Assembly: GCA_965223325.1 (NCBI GenBank)
Contig: CBDCWI010000001.1
Span: 704,001 to 768,000, forward strand
Source: Candidatus Multivoradales bacterium
Lineage (GTDB): Bacteria; Acidobacteriota; Thermoanaerobaculia; Multivoradales; Multivoraceae
DNA: 64,000 nucleotides
Reading direction: 5' to 3'
The translations under genes were made by a program, and so were the position numbers. The notes beneath the pieces are model-generated. The model did no database searches. It was not told the DNA's origin and was given only the letters and a program-made list of their open reading frames with translations. This document shows, in pieces, positions 1 to 9,400 of the stretch (position 1 is its first letter; the number at the start of each line of letters is the position of its first letter).

Positions 1-127
1 GGTTCTCCCCTTCGACCAGAAACCAGTCACCCACCCGGTGCGAGCACACCATCGGCCGTTCCCCTTCGACGACCTCGACGCGCAGGTCGTAGAGCGTGAA
101 GAGATCGCCAGGCTTCTCTGTGCTCAC
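1..127 (-). CDS. Small protein resembling the TIGR04076 family (3' end runs off the window)
   Basis: Not in the ORF track. GTG at 127 overlaps the upstream TGA (GTGA at 124-127). It reads MSTEKPGDLFTLYDLRVEVVEGERPMVCSHRVGDWFLVEGEN; family assigned from memory of the LYDLRVEV...C.H.VGD.F pattern. Confidence 0.65.
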   Translation of the reverse strand, partial: MSTEKPGDLFTLYDLRVEVVEGERPMVCSHRVGDWFLVEGEN

Positions 128-1332
128 GTCCGATCCCCGACAACGCCGCGGGCGCGCAGCGCGGCGATTTCGGTGCTCGAGAGCTCGAGCTCGGCCTCGA
201 GGACGGCATCGGTGTGCTCGCCGAGACGCGGCGCAGCCTCGATCTCCACCTGGCTCTCTGACATTCGAAACGGTGACCCGAGGAGTCGCAGGGTTCCGAG
301 CTCAGGATGTTCGAACGATGTGATGAAGCCGCGCTCCTCGAGATGGGGGTCGTTGAACAGATCGAGGCTGTCGAACACCGCACTCGCCGGTACACCTGCT
401 TCGGCGAGGATTCGCATCGCAGAGTGCTTGTCGTGTTGGGCGGCGAACTCCGTCAACGCGGCGCGTAGCGGCTCGGCGTTCTCGAGGCGTTTCCTCGCGG
501 TCTCGAAGCGCGGGTCATCTCTCCACTCGGGGTGGCCAATCGCAGCGCACAGATCCTGCCACATGCGTTCGGTCACCACCATGATGTAGACGTAGTCGTT
601 GGTGCCGAAAGGTCGAGTGGGATAGAGATCGATCAGCGGGCCATACCCGGTGCCCATGCGTCGCGCCGCCTGGGTGCCGAACCGGGACCCCATCGCGATG
701 GCGGTGCGCATGAAGTAGGTCATCGCCTCCTGCATCGAGATCTCGATGTGCTGTCCCTTCCCGGTGCGCAGCCGCTGCGCCCAGGCGGCGGTGATCGCGA
801 GCGCCATCTGGACTCCGGTTCCCGAATCGCCGGTCGTCGGTCCGGGTCGCATGGGTGGGCCGTCTTCGAGGCCGGTCACCGACAGCGCACCGGCGGCGGC
901 CTGAGCGACCGAGTCGAAGCACTTGTAGCGGGAGTAGGGTCCATCGGCGCCGAAACCGCGAATCGATGCGTAGATCACCTCGGGGTGGGCCCCGCGAACC
1001 TCTTCGTAGCCGAGGGCTAGTTTCTCGGTGACCCCCGGGCCGAAGTTCTCGACCAGAACGTCGAAGCGCGGCAGCATACGCAGCAAAAGGTCACGCCCTT
1101 CCGGTTGGTCGAGGGCGAGGGTGACGCTGCGCTTGTTGGCGTTCCAGTACAGAAAGTACTCCGAGTCCTCGAACTCGAAGTCTGCGGCGATGCTCCGTCC
1201 CGGGTCGCCTGTGCCCGGGCGCTCGATCTTCACCACGTCGGCGCCGAGCCAGGCGAGGGCCTGGGTGCAGGCTGTGCCTGATTCGTACTGCGTCAGATCG
1301 AGGATTCGGAGGCCATCCAGAGCGGCGGGCAT
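124..1332 (-). CDS. Class III CoA-transferase (CaiB/BaiF, formyl-CoA transferase-like)
   Basis: Motifs ALDGLRILDLT, LGADVVKIERPG.GD, NANKRSVTL, ENFGPG, the catalytic-Asp motif TGDSGTG and C-terminal APRLGEHT. Start re-called to ATG 1332 (MPAALDG). Confidence 0.9.
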   Translation of the reverse strand: MPAALDGLRILDLTQYESGTACTQALAWLGADVVKIERPGTGDPGRSIAADFEFEDSEYFLYWNANKRSVTLALDQPEGRDLLLRMLPRFDVLVENFGPGVTEKLALGYEEVRGAHPEVIYASIRGFGADGPYSRYKCFDSVAQAAAGALSVTGLEDGPPMRPGPTTGDSGTGVQMALAITAAWAQRLRTGKGQHIEISMQEAMTYFMRTAIAMGSRFGTQAARRMGTGYGPLIDLYPTRPFGTNDYVYIMVVTERMWQDLCAAIGHPEWRDDPRFETARKRLENAEPLRAALTEFAAQHDKHSAMRILAEAGVPASAVFDSLDLFNDPHLEERGFITSFEHPELGTLRLLGSPFRMSESQVEIEAAPRLGEHTDAVLEAELELSSTEIAALRARGVVGDRT

Positions 1333-1398
1333 GAGCGGCAGCGTACCGTAAACCATGCCGCGCGCCGGCTCGCTGCGCAGTGACATGATCACCTCCTC

Positions 1399-2775
1399 AT
1401 GCCCTCCCCGCACCTCAGGTTCTACGGTGGCGCCGCCGGCGCTCTCCTGCCGATCTTCGTTTTTCTGGCTGGCGTTGCCTGGCTGGCGCTCGGCGGAGCG
1501 CCCGATGAACGCGGCTTCTGGCCAGTGCTCGTCGCCGCGCTCGGCTGTGGCCTCATCCTGGCGCGCGACCGCGCCGCCTGGTGTGAGGTCGTGCTTGCCG
1601 GCATGAGCCAGAGGCTGGTCGCGCTGATGATTCTGGCGTGGCTCCTGGCGGGAATCCTGGCCGAGCTCCTGGCCGCCAGTGGGCTCGTCGACGCGCTGGT
1701 GGCGGTCGCCGACCGCGCCCATCTCGGAGGCGGAGGGTTCGTGCTCGCCGCGTTTCTGGCCAGTTCGGTGCTCTCTACCGCCATCGGCACGAGTCTCGGC
1801 ACCCTCATCCTGACCGTTCCGCTGCTCTACCCCGCCGGCACGGCGCTCGGCGGCGAGCCTGTGATGCTCGCGGGAGCCCTCCTGGCCGGTGCGACGTTCG
1901 GCGACAATATTTCGCCGGTCTCGGACACGACGATTGCCTCGGCGTCGACCCAGGGAGCCGAAATGGGACAGGTGGTACGCACCCGCCTGCGCTACGCGCT
2001 ACCCGCAGCCGCGATCGCCGCCCTGGTCTATGGCTTTGCCGGCGGCGCCGCGCAGAGTTCCTCGTTCTACGACGAAGCGCTCTTGCCCGCCCTCGAGCCG
2101 AGCGCACTTTTGATGCTGCTCGTCCCCGCCTTGATCGTCGGGCTCCTGTTGCTTGGTCGCCATCTCGTCGAAGGCCTCCTTCTCGGCACGCTCGCTGCTG
2201 CTCTCCTCGGAATCGCTCTCGGTCGTTTCGGCCGGACAGAACTCATCTTTCTCGACCGCGACAACTTCATTGCCCGCGGGCTCTTGTCTGCCGGTCTCGA
2301 ACGCGGCGTTGGCATTTCGATCTTCACCCTGCTTCTCATGGGACTGGTCGCCACGCTCACCGCAACGGACTTCGCGGACAAGCTTTTTGCCGCCACAGAG
2401 GAGCGGGCGAACAGCCCGCGCAGTGCGGAAGGCTGGATCGCCGTGGTGACCTCAATCGTCGTCCTCCTTACGACCCACGCCGCCGTCACCCTGTTGGCCG
2501 TCGGTCCCTTCGCGCGTCGGATCGGCGAAGCGCAGGCGGTGGTTGCCACCCGGCGAGCCAACCTGCTCGACCTGGTGGTTTCGATCTGGCCGTTCCTCCT
2601 GCCCTGGTTCATCCCCACCATCCTGGCGGCCGGATTGACGGCCGGAACGTCCGCTGCGCCGCGGCTCGGCGCGCTCGAGATCGGTCTCCACAACGTGCAC
2701 TCGTGGGCCCTCCTGGCCATTCTTCTAGTGGCGATCACGACCGGTTGGGGAAGAGGGGCTCGACAGACCGGCTGA
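1399..2775 (+). CDS. NhaC-family Na+/H+ antiporter or amino-acid transporter
   Basis: Many hydrophobic helices; GTSLGT and GATFGDNISPVSDTTI motifs typical of the NhaC family. Confidence 0.85.
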   Translation: MPSPHLRFYGGAAGALLPIFVFLAGVAWLALGGAPDERGFWPVLVAALGCGLILARDRAAWCEVVLAGMSQRLVALMILAWLLAGILAELLAASGLVDALVAVADRAHLGGGGFVLAAFLASSVLSTAIGTSLGTLILTVPLLYPAGTALGGEPVMLAGALLAGATFGDNISPVSDTTIASASTQGAEMGQVVRTRLRYALPAAAIAALVYGFAGGAAQSSSFYDEALLPALEPSALLMLLVPALIVGLLLLGRHLVEGLLLGTLAAALLGIALGRFGRTELIFLDRDNFIARGLLSAGLERGVGISIFTLLLMGLVATLTATDFADKLFAATEERANSPRSAEGWIAVVTSIVVLLTTHAAVTLLAVGPFARRIGEAQAVVATRRANLLDLVVSIWPFLLPWFIPTILAAGLTAGTSAAPRLGALEIGLHNVHSWALLAILLVAITTGWGRGARQTG

Positions 2776-2898
2776 GGGCGTGAAACAAGTGGGGACCTGG
2801 CCACCGTAGGCGACGATAGAATGGAGGGCGGACCTCAGAATCAGACCCCAGGTGAAGTGGACTGCGAAGTGAAACTACCTTCCGCCTGCTGATCGCTC

Positions 2899-3696
2899 AT
2901 GCACGAAGACCGGACATTTCCCGCCATCGACATCCCCAGGATCGAGATCCATCCCATCCAGGCGCTACGGGAGGCTGCCGCACTCCTGGGCAAGCAGTAC
3001 TGGCTCTTTGTGCTGATTTGCTTCCTGGGCATGCTGATCGGCGGCGTGGTCCCGTTCGGCATTCTCATGGGGCCCATGATGGCCGGCATCTTTTTGTGCT
3101 TCATCAGGCGCGAAGAAGGCGAGCCGGTCACGATCGACCTTCTCTTTCGCGGCTTCGACTTCTTCGTCGAGTCTCTGATCGCGACCCTCTTGACGATGGC
3201 GGCGACGCTGGTCGGAGCACTCCCTCTAATGATCGCGGGGATGGTCATGTTCGCCGGCATCGCAGCGACCTCGGTCGGCGCTGCCACCAGCGGTTCGGAT
3301 GCCGCGGCAGCGACGGTGGTCACCAGTGGGGTTGGTGCGACAACCGTTGCGGTTGCCTGCCTGATCGCCTTTTCGGTGCTGATCATGTTCGCCGTGGTTT
3401 GCCTTTTGACCTTCACCATCCCGCTTGTCGTCGACCAGCGCATGAAGGCCTTCGATGCGGTCTTGACCAGCTACGAAGCGGTGCGCATCAACTTCGGGGG
3501 CGTGTTCCTGCTGACGATCTTCCTCGGCGTCATCAATATCGTCGCGACTCTGTTCTGCTACGTCCCCTCGCTGCTGGTCATGCCGCTCAGCCTCGGGGCA
3601 ATCTTCGTTGTCTACCGACGGCTCTTCCCGGACAGCCAGTTGACATTCGACGATGAGGGCATGCCCGTTCGACCCGGGGTCGGCGTGCCGGCCTAG
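2899..3696 (+). CDS. Hypothetical integral membrane protein (about 5-6 TM, DUF975-like pattern)
   Basis: Hydrophobic segments; ILMGPMMAGIF...DLLFRGFDFF and PLVVDQRM.AFDA patterns; codon usage fits coding. Confidence 0.75.
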   Translation: MHEDRTFPAIDIPRIEIHPIQALREAAALLGKQYWLFVLICFLGMLIGGVVPFGILMGPMMAGIFLCFIRREEGEPVTIDLLFRGFDFFVESLIATLLTMAATLVGALPLMIAGMVMFAGIAATSVGAATSGSDAAAATVVTSGVGATTVAVACLIAFSVLIMFAVVCLLTFTIPLVVDQRMKAFDAVLTSYEAVRINFGGVFLLTIFLGVINIVATLFCYVPSLLVMPLSLGAIFVVYRRLFPDSQLTFDDEGMPVRPGVGVPA

Positions 3697-3712
3697 CGCT
3701 TCCGAGGTCGCC

Positions 3713-6283
3713 CTAGGGTGACTCCCAGACCCCGCAACTCTCGCCACTACCGATGGGCGAACCGTCGGGCGCTATGGGCGGCGGCGGTAGCTCGAATGCG
3801 AGCGGATCGTTAAAGAAGCGCTCGAGGGTCCAGGCTGCGGCCGATCGGTGCGCGCCCTCTTCGGCCGAGGGGCGCTCGCTCTTGAGCCGTTCGGCGAGTG
3901 CGGTCAATTCGTCGTAGGCGATGGCACGAGCCTCGGCCGAGGCACGGTCCGAAACCGCCAGGTTCATCAGATGACGCAGGGCCACCGCGTCGACCACCCG
4001 GCCAACGGCACCTTCGAGGCCGTCACCGTGATTGCCGTCCCAGGTTACCAGGAGCAACGCATCGATCACCTCGGTAAGGTCCGGCTGGTTCTCGTCGCGG
4101 GCGTTCTGGACCACCAGGCGAGAAGCCCTCTCGGGGTGGAGAAGCAACCCGACGGTCATCTCGGCCGCCACCTCGGCGGCGGCAAGAGGATCGAAGGTCA
4201 CCCCGGTTCTGGTAGGCAGGTGCTCGCGCCCCCGACCGAGACCCGCGGCCGGCGGCGGTATCGAGGCCAACACACTCTCGGGCAAAGCCAGCCTATCCGG
4301 AGCGATGGTCGCTAAGACAGAATCGAGGGCGCGCCGTTGCACCGCAGGCTCGAGAGCCGCCGTCGGAACCTGGCCGTCGCCGCGCACGGCGTAGGTGTAG
4401 TCGAGCCCGCCCACCATCTTGGTTGCCGCCTCAACCTGGTAACGGTGGAAAAGGTAGAGCGGAGTCAACACGGCGTCGAGGTTCGAGAGCGGAACACCGT
4501 TTCTGATGTTGCGCTCCCCAAACCGCGACAGCGCCAACTCGCGCACCGCCATCATGCGCTCGAGCTCTTCGGCCGCGTCGGTGCCGTTGTCCCACAGGTG
4601 GGCCCGCGGATGGGCGCCGCCCAGCGGGCGGGCATCCTGGTCGGAGAGAAACGACCAGCCGTTCTCGCGCGTTTCAGCGAGGAGCTGCTCGAGGGCGGCT
4701 TGCTCATCGGTTCCCGGCGGAAAGACTTCATAGCCGTAGCGAACCGCATAGGCGTCCCACTCGCCGATGCCGGTGTCGTAGGCGGCGGCGGCGGAGATCT
4801 CGCCGTTGTCGTCAATCTCGAACAAAGGGTGTGGATAGTCCATCACCGAGGCGCGCCCATCGACGCTCGAGGTGTAGTTGTGCACCAGGCCAATCGTGTG
4901 ACCGACCTCGTGCGCCGAGAGCTGGCGCAGTCTCGCGAGCGCCAGCTCCTCTATGGCGGACGGCACCGTCTCTCCGTCCTCGTAGGGAGCCAGAAGTGCC
5001 TCGGCAATCAGATAGTCCTGGCGCACCCGCAGCGATCCGAGAGTCACTTTGCCCTTTAGAATCTCGCCGGTGCGCGGGTCGACTACCGCGCCGCCGTAAG
5101 ACCACCCACGGGTCGAACGATGCACCCACTGGATGAGGTTGTACTGGAGATCGAGCGGGTTCGCGTCTTCGGGCAACATCTTGACGATGAACCCATTCTC
5201 GAAGCCGGCGGCTTCGAACGCCTGGTTCCACCACCGCGCTCCGTCAAGCAGCGCCGAACGAATCGGCTCTGGAGTTCCCGGATCGAGCCAGTACACGATC
5301 GGCTCGACCGGCTCGGAGACCGCGGCGCCCGGGTCCTTCTTCTCGAGACGATGGCGAATGACGTAGCGCTGCTCGATCGGCTGTGAGATCGGCGTCGCGT
5401 AGTCGAAGAACGACTGCGAGATGTAGCCGGAGCGCGGGTCCCACACCCGCGGCTGGTAGCCGTCGTCGGGCAGCTCGACGAACGAGTGGTGCTGACGCAC
5501 CGTGACACTGGTCGGGTCGGGAGCGACCGAGCGCAGCCAGCGGCCCTCTCCGCTACCGGTGAAGGTGAGCGTCGCTTCGAGCTCGGTGTTCTTCGCGAAA
5601 CTACCGGTGTACTCGAGGTAGGGCGCCGAGCGACTGGCGTCGAGGCTGTACTTACCCTCTCCGGTGGCATCGAGAGTGGCTGCTACGCCATGCGCGTCGC
5701 GCAGAAGAAACGGAGTGACATCGAAGAGCACTTTGCCGTCTTTCTCCCCGACGACTTCGAAGCCAAAGAGCACCGACTCAGCAAAGGCCTCGCGCACCGC
5801 CCGGCGCTCGGCGGCGCTGTCCGAGTTGGCGCGATAGCGCGTATTGCGCTCGACCAGCAGAACTCGATTGCCCACCCGTCGTAGATCGACCAACCGTGAT
5901 CCGCCGAGCTGGCCGCGGTCGAGGCCAATGTCGTTCGAGCCGACGCCGGCAGAGAGACCGCTGACGTAGAGGAACTCTTCGTCGAACAGGTCCGTGGCGA
6001 GAAGCACCTTGCCCTTTCGCTCGTCCCAGTAGAGATCGAAGAAGCCCGGCCAGTGCTCGCTGCCCTCGGTCGCTTCGGCGAAGGCTCGGCTGGCCTGACG
6101 GGAAGGCTCGCCTTCCGCCACACTGTCGGTAGCGAGAGCCTCAGTCGGAGGGCTTTCTTGGGTCGCACTGGTTGTGCCCAGCGAGGCGCAGCCCAGAGTT
6201 GCCAGGAGAAGAGTCGCCAGGAGGAGAAAGAGCAGGGAGACATCGAGCAGACGGGTGGCAGAATGGTTCAGAGCCATGACCAA
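3713..6283 (-). CDS. Secreted or lipoprotein zinc metalloprotease (DUF5117/DUF4953 metzincin-like)
   Basis: Signal peptide with lipobox-like LATLGC; HEVGHTIGLVH (HExxHxxGxxH); Met-turn SVMDY; VDPRTGEI motif. Confidence 0.88.
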   Translation of the reverse strand: MVMALNHSATRLLDVSLLFLLLATLLLATLGCASLGTTSATQESPPTEALATDSVAEGEPSRQASRAFAEATEGSEHWPGFFDLYWDERKGKVLLATDLFDEEFLYVSGLSAGVGSNDIGLDRGQLGGSRLVDLRRVGNRVLLVERNTRYRANSDSAAERRAVREAFAESVLFGFEVVGEKDGKVLFDVTPFLLRDAHGVAATLDATGEGKYSLDASRSAPYLEYTGSFAKNTELEATLTFTGSGEGRWLRSVAPDPTSVTVRQHHSFVELPDDGYQPRVWDPRSGYISQSFFDYATPISQPIEQRYVIRHRLEKKDPGAAVSEPVEPIVYWLDPGTPEPIRSALLDGARWWNQAFEAAGFENGFIVKMLPEDANPLDLQYNLIQWVHRSTRGWSYGGAVVDPRTGEILKGKVTLGSLRVRQDYLIAEALLAPYEDGETVPSAIEELALARLRQLSAHEVGHTIGLVHNYTSSVDGRASVMDYPHPLFEIDDNGEISAAAAYDTGIGEWDAYAVRYGYEVFPPGTDEQAALEQLLAETRENGWSFLSDQDARPLGGAHPRAHLWDNGTDAAEELERMMAVRELALSRFGERNIRNGVPLSNLDAVLTPLYLFHRYQVEAATKMVGGLDYTYAVRGDGQVPTAALEPAVQRRALDSVLATIAPDRLALPESVLASIPPPAAGLGRGREHLPTRTGVTFDPLAAAEVAAEMTVGLLLHPERASRLVVQNARDENQPDLTEVIDALLLVTWDGNHGDGLEGAVGRVVDAVALRHLMNLAVSDRASAEARAIAYDELTALAERLKSERPSAEEGAHRSAAAWTLERFFNDPLAFELPPPPIAPDGSPIGSGESCGVWESP

Positions 6284-6468
6284 AGACCTCGTTAGGGACC
6301 GGCGGGCCCCGCTGTTGAAGGCCGCGCCAGGCGGCGCGGCAATCGCGGCCGTTTAAAAGGACGCGAACCCCCATTCGGGGGCTCTTAGGAAAAGGACGTT
6401 CAAGTTCAGATTGCGGCCATCTTAGTCCGAGCCCTCGCGCACGCTCCAGCGTTCGACCGCTCCCCCGC

Positions 6469-9400
6469 TCAGGCTCCGCTGCTCGCGGCACCACCGTGGC
6501 GCGCAACGATTTCGAGCCACTCCCCGCCCCACCGGTCGGCTTTGGTCGGCCCAATGCCAGGAATGCGGAGGAGGGCGTCCGGGTGGCTGGGCTGAGCCGC
6601 CGCCAGCGCAACGAGGCTTTTGTCGTGCAGGATGGTAAAGGCCGGGACCTTGCGCCGGCGAGCCTCTGCCAACCGCCACTCGCGCAGGGCGTCGACCAGC
6701 GCCTCTGGTGCGTCTGCACCAACCAGAGCGAGCTTCTTGCCGGCACCTTTCGCCCGCGAGCGGCGCCTGCCTCCCGAGCGGCGGCTCTTCTTGGCGGTCT
6801 CATCGGGAAAGGCGTCCTCGGGAAGGCGAATGGCTGCCAGGACGGCATCGAGGCCGGCTGCGCCTGAGTCCGCCGCAAAGGCGTCGTTCCCCCCTCGCCG
6901 GCTGCTCCAGAGACGCTTGATCCGCGACCCGAGGCGGGCGCGCTTGTACTCGATCTTGCGCCCGTCTTTTTCGAACGAGTCGACATCGACCAGGACCAGA
7001 CCGGCGCGCGCGAGACCACCCAGGAGGTCCTCGAAGTCGCCGCGATCAGTCGTGGCGTGGATGCCGTGGACGTCTTTGAACAGACGCCCGGTGCCCTGAC
7101 CGCGGCGCGCCTTCTCGAGCTCCACAAGAATGGTCTTCATCACCTGGACCTCGTCACTGTGCGGAGCACGTGACCCCAGGGCCAGTGCCTCGTCTGGGGC
7201 ACAAACGTCACACTGCCCGCAGGCGCGACCGTCGTCTTCCTGGTCGCCAAAGTGACGCACCAGCGACAGCATTCTGCAGGCATGCCCCTGTGCGAAGCGA
7301 CACATGTCCTCGAGCTGAGCGGTGCGATGGTCGCGTTGCGCAACGTAGGGTTGCCACCAGTTCTGGTGGCCCTGGCGGAGGTTCTCCTCGGGATCGACCA
7401 GCGCGCCGCCGTGGATCCACAGCTTCTCGACCGACGGTCGCATGACCTCGTCGTCGAGGTCGAGCATCGCCCCTACTTCGTCGATCGTGCGCGGGTCTTT
7501 CCCGAGCGCACGCCAGATCTGAGCCAGCACTTTCGGGTGCGGGTAGTCGCGGCCGTGGAAGAACTCGTGCGTGCGGCGGTCGGCCCACGACCAGAGCAGG
7601 AAGGCGCGGGAGCTCCGACCGTCGCGCCCGGCCCTGCCGATCTCCTGGTAGTAGCCCTCGAGGGTGCCGGGCAGGGCGGTATGAACGACCGAGCGCACAT
7701 TGTGCTTGTCGATTCCCATGCCGAAGGCGATCGTGGCGACCACTACATCGACGTCTCCTTCGAGGAAGCGCTTCTGTACCTCGTCGCGACGCGCCGAGGG
7801 CAACCCCGCGTGGTAGGCCTCGGCACCGAACTCGCCCTCGAGAACCGACGCGATGTTCTCGGACTCCTTGCGGGTCGGAGCGTAGACAATCGCCGGCCGG
7901 CGTTCCGAGGCCGCCAAGAGGCGGGCGACCACTGCTGCCCGCGCCCCCGGACGGATTTCTGCCACCTCGATGGCAATGTTGTCGCGCCGGAAACCATGGA
8001 TGTGAAGGGCAGGCTTCAGGAGGCCCAGCTGCTCGGCAATGTCGCGCTGAACCCGCGGGGTCGCAGTCGCAGTAAGCGCGATCACTGGCGCCGGGCGAAG
8101 CGCCGGCAGCCGTTCTCCGAGCAGGCGATAGTCCGGCCGGAAGTCATGCCCCCACTGCGAGATGCAGTGCGCCTCGTCAATGGCGACGAGACCGGGCGGC
8201 TGAAGAGCCAGGAGCTCAGCGAAGCGTTCGATTCCCAGGCGCTCGGGTGCGACGTAGAGAAAGTCGAGCTCACCGTTCTGCCACGCGCGAGCCGCCGCCC
8301 TCGACTCCTCGAAGGGGCGTCCCGAGTGAATGCGCTCGGCGGAGAAACCGTCTTGCTGAAGCTTGATGACTTGATCTTCCATGAGCGCAATCAGCGGTGA
8401 AACCACCAGGGTCGAGCCGCCCCTGGCGATACCGGGCAGTTGGTAGCACAGTGACTTGCCGGCGCCGGTCGGCATCACCAGCAAAACATCGCGGCCAGCG
8501 ACCACCGCCTCGCAGACGCGTTCCTGGAAGGGCCGAAAGTCGTCGAAGCCAAAGCGCTCAGCGAGTACCAGCTTGATTTCGAGGGGTGCGCCGGCCCTGG
8601 CCCGGGTACGCGCCCGCTTGCGGGCCGGCGGTTTCGCCGGCGCCTCTTCGTCCGGCGACGCCTGCTGGAGAAAGGTCTCGCTTGGCGACGTTCGAGCTGG
8701 CGATGCGCCAGGGGCTGCCACTGGCGCGCGACTCGGGCCAGGTGACGATTCCGGTACCCCGCCCGGCGCAGGAGACGCCGCGGCCCAGTCTTCACCTTCG
8801 AAGAGATTGAGGGTGCCTGGTTCTTCTGGTGGCTGGTCTTCTGCAGCCGGCGCGGTCGCATTCCCCGCCGCTTCGCCGAAAGTTCTACCGACCGCCTCGC
8901 GCACGAAATCCTCGATGCCCTGCCAGAAGACGGATAGTTCACCTTCGCCGCGCTCGATCGCCTTGAGCTGCGCTTCCCACTCACCGGTCAGGGCAGGGCT
9001 CTTGACCATCGGGTGGACGCGCGCAATAAGGTCGATTCCTTTCTCGGTCGCAGCGAGTGCCTTCTTTAGTCGTTCGATATAGCCGCGGCGCAGCAAACCC
9101 TCGATGGTCTCGGCGCGAGTCGCCGGAGTCCCGAGACCACGATCCCGCATCGCCTCCTCTAGCTCCCGTTCGTCGAGGGTCTTGCCGGCAGTTTCCATTG
9201 CGGTCAAGAGGGTGGCCTCGGTGAACCTCCTGGGAGGTCGGGTCTCTTTCTTCTGACTCTCGAGGAGAGCGCAACGGCCCGGGAAGCCCTCTTTGAGCTC
9301 GGCAGGCAGCTGGCTCTCCTCCTTGGACGCTTTGGAGGACTTCTTCTTGCGGCCTCTGCCGCGCGGCAGCTCGAGGTCGAGCACCTTCCAACCTGGATCG

